Shown in pieces: positions 7,883 through 14,712 of a stretch of 20,000 bases of DNA. Origin of the DNA: an uncultured virus (IMG/VR IMGVR_UViG_3300033150_001293) (Duplodnaviria; Heunggongvirae; Uroviricota; Caudoviricetes); IMG/VR virus record IMGVR_UViG_3300033150_001293. The stretch is one strand, 5' to 3'. A model generated the notes under the pieces. The model was not told the origin of the DNA, searched no databases, and saw only the letters and a program-made list of their open reading frames with translations. Position 1 is the first letter of the stretch. Every line of letters starts with the position of its first letter. The position numbers were made by a program, and so were the translations under genes.

Positions 7883-10012
7883 TCAACACTCCTGTACTCC
7901 GATTCGGCCGGAACTTGCTTGGACAAACCCGCCGGGCATTATGTCCGGATCGGCCCACCAATACATCGTCCCCGAGGCGTTCGCACCACGCACGCGCAAC
8001 CAGACCTCCTTGTCGTAGTCGGCCGTGTACGTGACGTTGACCGTCTGCCAATCGGTGGTGTCGGCAATCTGGTCGTCGTCGAGCTTGGAGGCGGCGGAGT
8101 CCCACGGCTCGTTCGGGTCGATGATCTGGACTCGCGGATGCTCGGACATGCCGCTTGGCGTCTGCGAGCATTTGATGTAGACGGGGATCATGACGGCCTG
8201 GCCGGCCTTGAGGCGGATCGCCATCACGTCGACCCAGACGGGATGATCGGCCGACTCGAACGTGTACTTATGGCACCAGTCGAGCGCGATGGGGGGATCG
8301 GCGGGAACGCTGGCTTCTTCGCTCGTGCAGTAGCCGCCGCTCGTCCAGCCGAGGATGCGTCCTTTCTGGAGCACGTCGCTGCCGTCAACCGGGTCGTAGA
8401 TGAATTGCCCTACGTCGTCTTTGTAGTTCAGCAGGTATTCGTAGTTTTGCGTGGCAGAACGGAGGGAGCAGCCGTAGCCGATGAGCGGACCGACTTGGCG
8501 GAGGTCGTACGTGTTTTCGCTGAAAATAGTGGCCTGGAGTCGATGGGAGCCGGAGCGGATGCCGTAGGTGCACCCGGTGATCGTCGTGACCGTGTGACCC
8601 GAGCCGTAGTCGATGCCGTAGCCGCACCCGGCGATTGTCGTGGCCGTGCAGCCCGAGCCGTAGTCGATGCCGTAGCCGCACCCGGCGATTGTCGTGGCCG
8701 TGCAGCCCGAGCCGTAATAGATGCCGTAGGTGCACCCGGTGATCGTCGTGACCGTGTGACCCGAGCCGTAGATGATGCCGTAGCCGCACCCGGTGATCGT
8801 CGTGGCCGTGCAGCCCGAGCCGTAGTCGATGCCGTAGGTGCACCCGGCGATTGTCGTGGCCGTGCAGCCCGAGCCGTGGATGATGCCGTCGCCGCACCCG
8901 GTGATTACGGCTATCTCGACATTGCCGCCATATTGCACCCCGCGCCCATAAAACGTCGTCCCCGATCCGGCCGTGTTGGTGATTTCCCCAAACGTGCCGC
9001 CGTGCGTGTCGCCATTCACAAACAGCACCACTGCCTGACCGCTACTCGTGCCTGCCGACCGAATCGACACGTTGCGGGACGAAAGCACCACGAGGGCAAA
9101 CGGATATTGCGCCGAGTCAACCGCCTCGCCGAGCACCAGCGTCCCTGCGTTGATCGTATCGACCGTCGTCCGCTGCTGATCGTAATCCGCCGGGGCCACG
9201 TCGCACAGCACGACGCGATCGCCGGCCGTCCAGTTGTCGGCGGTTACGTCGTCGACCACCTTGACGGTGGCCGATCCTGACGAGTAGCCCGAGTACATCG
9301 TCAGGTTGCCGCTGCCGGTGGCGCTCGGGATGACGATTTGCGCGTCGCCATTTTGCAACGCGAGCTTGCACGTGTTGCCGCTCACCGCACGGACGTAGTA
9401 GATTTCGTTCTCAGAAAAGCCCGTCGGCAACGTCCCGCTCGACAAGAGCCTGACCGCCGTACCGGCAGCCGGCGGTGCCTCCCCCCAGTCGATCACGCCG
9501 GTCGTCGTGTTGACGTTCGTCGCCTGGTCGGTCGGCCCATAGTCCTCACCGTAGGTGCGAACATAGGTCTTGGTCGGCTCGGCACAGATCAGCTTGCAGT
9601 CGAGGTTCGTCGCCTGGATCTGCGCCGTACCCTGAAGGTCGATGACGGCCTTGTTGCTGTACTGGAGAGCCGTGTCGGTGTCCCAGTCGCCGTCGCTGTT
9701 GGCGAGCAGCCGACCACGGTTGGTATCCAGCGTGCCTTGCAGTGTCGCTCCGGTTTGCAGCTTGAGGTGCCCATCGTCGCCGTTGGCCCAGTAGAGCATT
9801 CCGGGCGTGGCGCCGCCGCGAATGATGTTCGTACCGGCCAATCCCGTCCACGCCGACTGGTCCACGTCCATCTTGACCGAGACGCCGGCCGAGATGACAA
9901 ACGTGTCGCCATCCGCGGGCACGAAATTGCCCGGTGCGCCGCCGTCCGAATCGCTCCAGACGTTCGCCGCATCGCTCCAGTCGCCGGATGCTACTGCATA
10001 GCGGGTTGACAT
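7883..10012 (-). CDS. Fibre/spike-like protein: G8-like N-terminus, beta-helix repeats, probable carbohydrate-binding C-terminal domain
   Basis: N-terminal SGDWSD..VW...GG....VP.DGD..VI..G. 18-aa GC.YGI.YGSG....TI. repeats. C-terminal TTDWQTVNVTYT......V.LRV......GT.YW jelly-roll-like pattern. Start could be 10024. Confidence 0.7.
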   Translation of the reverse strand: MSTRYAVASGDWSDAANVWSDSDGGAPGNFVPADGDTFVISAGVSVKMDVDQSAWTGLAGTNIIRGGATPGMLYWANGDDGHLKLQTGATLQGTLDTNRGRLLANSDGDWDTDTALQYSNKAVIDLQGTAQIQATNLDCKLICAEPTKTYVRTYGEDYGPTDQATNVNTTTGVIDWGEAPPAAGTAVRLLSSGTLPTGFSENEIYYVRAVSGNTCKLALQNGDAQIVIPSATGSGNLTMYSGYSSGSATVKVVDDVTADNWTAGDRVVLCDVAPADYDQQRTTVDTINAGTLVLGEAVDSAQYPFALVVLSSRNVSIRSAGTSSGQAVVLFVNGDTHGGTFGEITNTAGSGTTFYGRGVQYGGNVEIAVITGCGDGIIHGSGCTATTIAGCTYGIDYGSGCTATTITGCGYGIIYGSGHTVTTITGCTYGIYYGSGCTATTIAGCGYGIDYGSGCTATTIAGCGYGIDYGSGHTVTTITGCTYGIRSGSHRLQATIFSENTYDLRQVGPLIGYGCSLRSATQNYEYLLNYKDDVGQFIYDPVDGSDVLQKGRILGWTSGGYCTSEEASVPADPPIALDWCHKYTFESADHPVWVDVMAIRLKAGQAVMIPVYIKCSQTPSGMSEHPRVQIIDPNEPWDSAASKLDDDQIADTTDWQTVNVTYTADYDKEVWLRVRGANASGTMYWWADPDIMPGGFVQASSGRIGVQEC
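8558..8899 (-). repeat. 54-bp tandem repeat, about 6.3 units (18 aa each)
   Basis: Units GCGDGIIHGSGCTATTIA / GCTYGIDYGSGCTATTIT / GCGYGIIYGSGHTVTTIT / GCTYGIYYGSGCTATTIA / GCGYGIDYGSGCTATTIA / GCGYGIDYGSGHTVTTIT / GCTYGI, near-identical at DNA level. Confidence 0.95.
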
Positions 10013-10095
10013 CTGTTCAATCAATCATCATTTAGTCCTCGCTTCTCAAGGATCAGGACAGCCCGTGGCGCTCTCACCACGAGGCGTGTGAGTTG

Positions 10096-10620
10096 CTATC
10101 CCTCGTAGAGGATGCGGCCGCTGGTCAATCCGGTGATCGTCGTCACGGTGCGCCTAGAGTCATTGCATTCGCGCATTTGCTTGGCGTCGTACCGCAACCG
10201 ATAGCCGCATCGCTGACAATAGAGGGTAAACCTACCACGTCGTCTCCGCTCGCGCAGCGACTCGCCGCAAACTGAACATAATGGCGGGCGCCAGTTGATC
10301 GTCATGACATCGCGATCTATGTGAAATGCAACACTGCTCTTACCATCACCTACAACCTTGATGTTGTAGCGGTAAAACTCTGGTAGCTTCCGTAGTTTCA
10401 GTGGAGTCTGCTGTGCTCTCGTCACGAGATGTAGTGGCTTCGGTAGCCTCAGCATACCCGGATGCTGCACCAGGATTTGTACGTCTCGATCGAACTCTGC
10501 GCCTGCCTTGGTAATGCAGTGCAAAACCACTATTTGTGTCGCCTGAGCAATAGAACCTTCCCATACTTCCGGGTCTTCCCATCGCCCATGTTTTACCGAT
10601 GAAACCATACGCTCGTTCAT
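10096..10620 (-). CDS. Hypothetical protein, lower GC, G8-like start and CxxC-x16-CxxC Zn ribbon
   Basis: ATGA overlap with the upstream ORF. SVKHGRWEDPEVWEG; CSVC...CQRC. Line 10321-10380 is 26/60 GC against 41/60 at 11461-11520. Confidence 0.6.
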   Translation of the reverse strand: MNERMVSSVKHGRWEDPEVWEGSIAQATQIVVLHCITKAGAEFDRDVQILVQHPGMLRLPKPLHLVTRAQQTPLKLRKLPEFYRYNIKVVGDGKSSVAFHIDRDVMTINWRPPLCSVCGESLRERRRRGRFTLYCQRCGYRLRYDAKQMRECNDSRRTVTTITGLTSGRILYEG

Positions 10621-10886
10621 AAGGTTTCTCCTGATACTTCTGGAAACATCCGTACAATCTCAACAAGCTTGCCGAAGAGCGGATACCGTCGCATTACCTC
10701 GTCACGGACAGTTGGCGGCATCCGCGGCCAGTCCGCAACCGCGTCGGCCACGGCGGGAATCGCCAGATAATCCAAGATGCGGTCCGCTGCCTGCTTCGTG
10801 GAGACGTGCCGGCCCCGCGATATTCGCAGGTCGATCGTCCGGCAACGACGGCGTTCCCTTACAACTGCTCTCCGATTACTTCCCAT
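10617..10886 (-). CDS. Hypothetical protein (start uncertain)
   Basis: 3' part of the 10617..11360 ORF. Nearest ATG is 10886 (MGSNRRAVV...TKQAADRILDYLAIPAVADAVADWPRM). Confidence 0.5.
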   Translation of the reverse strand: MGSNRRAVVRERRRCRTIDLRISRGRHVSTKQAADRILDYLAIPAVADAVADWPRMPPTVRDEVMRRYPLFGKLVEIVRMFPEVSGETL

Positions 10887-11056
10887 TCGTCCTGGTCCTC
10901 CAGCCGTGCCAGGTGCGCAGCCTCCAGTTTGTCCGCTGCAACTTGCACGTCCTTGGGCTTCGACAGCCAATGAAACGTCATCCGCTCGCCGTTGGAGAGC
11001 AGACACGCAGCGTTGTAGCCGTCGCACGATTGCCAGTGGTCGAGGATAGTCGCCAT
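10859..11056 (-). CDS. Small hypothetical protein
   Basis: 65 aa, ATG with GGAG upstream, packs tightly with neighbours. Confidence 0.6.
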   Translation of the reverse strand: MATILDHWQSCDGYNAACLLSNGERMTFHWLSKPKDVQVAADKLEAAHLARLEDQDEWEVIGEQL

Positions 11057-11059
11057 AGT

Positions 11060-11212
11060 TTACTTCACTCCGGCCCGGCCGGTCTTCTTCGTCGCGTAGC
11101 CCCGCCCGCTGCCGCCGCACTTCGGACACGGTATCTTGCCGCCCTTGGCCTTCTTGCTCGGCACTACGCCGTCGCCGTGGCAGTGTCGGCACTTCGCATT
11201 CTTGTCTCGCAT
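11060..11212 (-). CDS. Mini DnaJ-type zinc-ribbon protein
   Basis: MRDKNAKCRHCHGDG...CPKCGGSG has two CxxCxGxG motifs. Overlaps the end of the glycosyltransferase gene. Confidence 0.65.
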   Translation of the reverse strand: MRDKNAKCRHCHGDGVVPSKKAKGGKIPCPKCGGSGRGYATKKTGRAGVK

Positions 11213-12144
11213 AGTCGCACCAACTCCCTCGCGCGATGCGTGTACGTGTGATTGGACAGCACCCATTCGCGGGCCCGTTTGCCCATCTGTTTGCGGTCTT
11301 CCGCAGACGTGCGCAGCGGCGCCTCTCCGACGATTGCCGCCAACTGTCGAGCGTCCCCATACGTCAGGTATGTTGGCGATTCCGCCGGATCACGCGGCAG
11401 TCCCGGCGACCAACGCCGCACGTGGCACGCCCCCATCCCGAGCACGAGCCAAAACTTGTCGCTCCAATAGCCCGGCAAATCAGAACGCGCCCCGCAGTCC
11501 ACCACCACGGCCGCCTCGCTCGCCAGCTCCGGCAGCCTCTCCGGCGGCACGAACGGCACGTACTCGACGCCACCGACGTGCCCGTAGTCCCCCTCCTGGA
11601 CCGCCCAGCCGACCCTCAGCCCGGCGGCCACCAGGGCTGCCACGTCCTCCCTCCGCTGTCTCCAGCGGGTCGTGCCGAGCACCAGGGCGTCCCACCGCGG
11701 CGGCTCCCGGTGCTCGCACTCGCCGATCCAGTGCGGGCAGCCCTGGTCGAACCACTCCGCGTTTACCCCAAGCCCCCGGTACTCGTCGAGCAACGAGCGC
11801 TCCTTCACCAGGGCCAGGTCGCACGACTTCAGGCCGCGCAGCAAGGCCGTCTCGGCCATTCGCTGGCCGTCCCACCCGAAGAGCAGTCGCTGCTCCGCCA
11901 GCGGTCCGTCCTGGCGCGCGATCAGGTCAAACATCCATCCGACCCGAAAACACCCGCTCGGGCCGACGTGGTTCTGGAGCCACTTTGGTTCCCAGACCGA
12001 CACGTCGGCCCACCGTTCCGCGGCGGTCACCTCATCCCCGAACATCGCGCGGCGCACCTCGTGGCCCGTCCGCTCCAGCGCGGCGGCCACCCATGCGTAT
12101 TTGTCCCAGCGCAGGTGATGCCCGGCAATAACGGCAATTCTCAC
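11164..12144 (-). CDS. Glycosyltransferase, GT-B / CgeB-like (Glyco_trans_1_2-type C-terminus)
   Basis: MRIAVI N-terminal strand; WDALVLG...RR..V..L; Y.SDKFW.VLGMGA; R.QMG.RAREWVL.NHTY.HRA.EL. Confidence 0.85.
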   Translation of the reverse strand: MRIAVIAGHHLRWDKYAWVAAALERTGHEVRRAMFGDEVTAAERWADVSVWEPKWLQNHVGPSGCFRVGWMFDLIARQDGPLAEQRLLFGWDGQRMAETALLRGLKSCDLALVKERSLLDEYRGLGVNAEWFDQGCPHWIGECEHREPPRWDALVLGTTRWRQRREDVAALVAAGLRVGWAVQEGDYGHVGGVEYVPFVPPERLPELASEAAVVVDCGARSDLPGYWSDKFWLVLGMGACHVRRWSPGLPRDPAESPTYLTYGDARQLAAIVGEAPLRTSAEDRKQMGKRAREWVLSNHTYTHRARELVRLCETRMRSADTATATA

Positions 12145-12164
12145 GATTACCTCGCTGCGGGTGT

Positions 12165-12860
12165 TTACGCTTCAGCCGCCTCCATCTCCTCCAGGCCGCG
12201 GCGGCGGCGGTACTCCGGCCAGAGCCCCTTGTTGAACCACTCCATCTCCTCGCGGGTTCTGGGGAGCGTCCGGCTCCCGCCAACCCCGCCCACGGCAACT
12301 ACCGCCTGCGACCACTCGGGGATAACCTTCGCCACGTCCTCGTCCGAGCAGGTGAGCAGGGACTTCCAGTCCTGGACCACACGGGCGCAGTGCACGATGC
12401 GGTCCTCCTCGTCCTCGTCGGGTTGCCGGATCACGTACGACTGCACGGCCCGCCGCATGTGCTCCAGCCACGTCGCCACCTGGATCGCCGTCAGGTGTAC
12501 CTCCTTGTCGCGGATCGGCCGCACTTCCGTCGCAAACACGTCGCGGATCGGCGAGGACTTGATCAGCGCGCCAATCTTGTCGAGCATCGGCTCGTTCTCT
12601 TTCCAGCCGAGCGGGTCGGTCAGCCGCCCCATCCGCGTGTTGACGCTCAGAATTACGTGCTGCCCCGGCACCGTCGGCATGTGCGACGCGAGCTTGCCGA
12701 GGTGTCCGCGGGGGCCGGGCGTCAGCTTCGGCGACTCGTGCCGGCTCCGCAGCATCCGCTGTGGACCATAGTCGTTCGGGCACGGCGGGAAGTTGTACCG
12801 CTCGCCCTTGGGGAGGTCGATCTCGATCACAAGGTCGTCGGATTTCCAGTGCTTGGCCAT
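12165..12860 (-). CDS. Hypothetical phage protein downstream of the capsid gene
   Basis: 231 aa, ATG with purine-rich RBS, codon style matches the structural genes. Confidence 0.75.
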   Translation of the reverse strand: MAKHWKSDDLVIEIDLPKGERYNFPPCPNDYGPQRMLRSRHESPKLTPGPRGHLGKLASHMPTVPGQHVILSVNTRMGRLTDPLGWKENEPMLDKIGALIKSSPIRDVFATEVRPIRDKEVHLTAIQVATWLEHMRRAVQSYVIRQPDEDEEDRIVHCARVVQDWKSLLTCSDEDVAKVIPEWSQAVVAVGGVGGSRTLPRTREEMEWFNKGLWPEYRRRRGLEEMEAAEA

Positions 12861-12897
12861 TCGACTTTTCCTTTCCCTCTTGCAGTATGCCGGAGCG

Positions 12898-12938
12898 AAA
12901 AAACACCCGACGCCCGACTACGCCGTCGAGCGCCGGGC
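12898..12938 (-). terminator. Intrinsic terminator after the major capsid gene
   Basis: Minus strand GCCCGGCGCTCGAC-GGCGTA-GTCGGGCGTCGGGT-GTTTTTT. Confidence 0.8.
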
Positions 12939-13009
12939 TCGCCGAGGGAAAGGCGGCTCCGGAGAAACACCTTCCCCTTGGGTAGTGTCCCTGTCAGGAC
13001 TTCGGCAGG

Positions 13010-14683
13010 TTACGCCTCGATGCTCTGATCGAGGTCCGTGATCTTCATGCACGCTCCGGGCAGCGAAAGCTGGCCGCCGAACCGGGCCCGAAGGAGCAGC
13101 ATCTTCTCGTTCAGACGGAAGAGGGTGTAGCCTTCGGACGTTTCGCGGAACTGGCTGCCAAGCCGCCGGATGAGCTGGTACTCGTTCAGGGCGCAAAACG
13201 CGGCCGAGCCGTTGCTGATATGCTCCTCGATTGACACGGCGCGGTCCATGAGCGTGTAGTTCTCGTGGTCCATGCCGGGCTTGAGTACGCGCCGGGCGTC
13301 CGAGGATCCGACCGGGACCTGGCACATGCGCTTGTACATCAGGTCGCTCGTGACGAACCGGCAGTTCCGGCCCGACGCTTGCCGGCGCGCCTTCGTCAGC
13401 CCGAAGATCAGCTCCTCGATGTCGTTGACCGTGATCGCACCAGCCGTGCCGTTGACGGAGCTGGTCGAGTTGACCCCGGACTTGGTGAAGATGCCCTCCG
13501 GCTCGGTCGTGCCGTCGCCGTTCGCAATCTGGTTGTCCAGCCACTCCCGCAGCCGCTCGCCCATCTGCTGGGGCAGAATGCGGCCGAAATTGACGGGGGT
13601 GTCGCTAAGCCAGTCCATGCCCAGCTGGATTCCCACCGCACACGTGAAGATGGTCGTGTCGAGGTTGCCGATCAGGCCGGTGCAGTCGAACAGCGTAATG
13701 TTCGACCCCTCCGCCGTGTTCGACGTCACGGTGATCGCCCCAGCCAGGTACACCCCGTCGACGGAGACCCCGGCAGGCAGGTCCATGATCGACACGTGCG
13801 GCACCAGCTCGCCGTTCAGGATGGGGTCCATGAAGAGCTGGTCGTCGAACGCGCGGGGCACGGCGTACGATCCGCCGCTGGTCGTGTCGCCCAGCAGCGA
13901 CGCCTTGACGTTCCCGGGCAGGTTGGCCAGCCGCTGGCTCCCCTTCCAGCAGGGCACCAACGTGGTCGGCTCGCCGCAGACCCACTCGGCCTTGTCGAGG
14001 CAGTAGTTGACGAGCTGCCGCTCGTGCTCTGAGAGCTCCGGCCTGTCCGTCAGCCTGCCCCCGCCGAGGATGTTCCACTTCGCCCACGCCCCGACCATCG
14101 CCGCCTCGGCGTCGGAGATGTCGTACATCGGGCGGCAGTGGTTCTGGGCGACGTCCGCGCCCTTCGCCCCGTACATCACGGGCTGGCCGGCCATCGGGTG
14201 CCGCCTGTCCTGGCCGCCGGAGGTGAGGCGCTCGGGATATCTCGCCATCTGCTTCGTGGTCGAGTACCCGCCCACCTCGATCGGACTCTTCATCCTGGGC
14301 AGGGGCGTGCTCCCGGCCGCCTCCGCGAACATCTTGTCCGCGGCGGTCGGCTCGCCGGGCGTCTCGTCTTCGGACGGCGCCGGCTTCGTCTCGGCCGCCG
14401 TCTCCATCTTCTCGATCCGGTCGCTCAGCTTGGAGAGCGTCTGGTTGATTGGCCCCATCGCCTGGCCGACGGCTTTGCCGATCAGGCTGGCAGCGGCCTC
14501 CAAGTCGGCGTCGGGCTCCGGCGCCTCCTCGACCGCCTCGCCCCGGCCCATCTTCTGGATCTGGTCCCACGTCAGGTCGCCCTTGGCGTGGGCCTCGACG
14601 ACGGCGGCCTCGAACTGCTTGTCGTCCGCGTCCGCCGGCACGCCGAGATGCTCGATGGCGTAAGCCTTGAGCGTGTCGTGCAT
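13010..14683 (-). CDS. Major capsid protein, HK97 fold, with long N-terminal scaffold region
   Basis: KASL....SGGSYAVP..F, D.WL.D...N....L...MGE......LD.QI.NGDGT.EP.GI and R..G near the C-terminus. Directly follows the protease gene. Confidence 0.93.
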   Translation of the reverse strand: MHDTLKAYAIEHLGVPADADDKQFEAAVVEAHAKGDLTWDQIQKMGRGEAVEEAPEPDADLEAAASLIGKAVGQAMGPINQTLSKLSDRIEKMETAAETKPAPSEDETPGEPTAADKMFAEAAGSTPLPRMKSPIEVGGYSTTKQMARYPERLTSGGQDRRHPMAGQPVMYGAKGADVAQNHCRPMYDISDAEAAMVGAWAKWNILGGGRLTDRPELSEHERQLVNYCLDKAEWVCGEPTTLVPCWKGSQRLANLPGNVKASLLGDTTSGGSYAVPRAFDDQLFMDPILNGELVPHVSIMDLPAGVSVDGVYLAGAITVTSNTAEGSNITLFDCTGLIGNLDTTIFTCAVGIQLGMDWLSDTPVNFGRILPQQMGERLREWLDNQIANGDGTTEPEGIFTKSGVNSTSSVNGTAGAITVNDIEELIFGLTKARRQASGRNCRFVTSDLMYKRMCQVPVGSSDARRVLKPGMDHENYTLMDRAVSIEEHISNGSAAFCALNEYQLIRRLGSQFRETSEGYTLFRLNEKMLLLRARFGGQLSLPGACMKITDLDQSIEA

Positions 14684-14712
14684 CGTGTGTCCCCTTTCGA
14701 TTAGGGTGAAAG

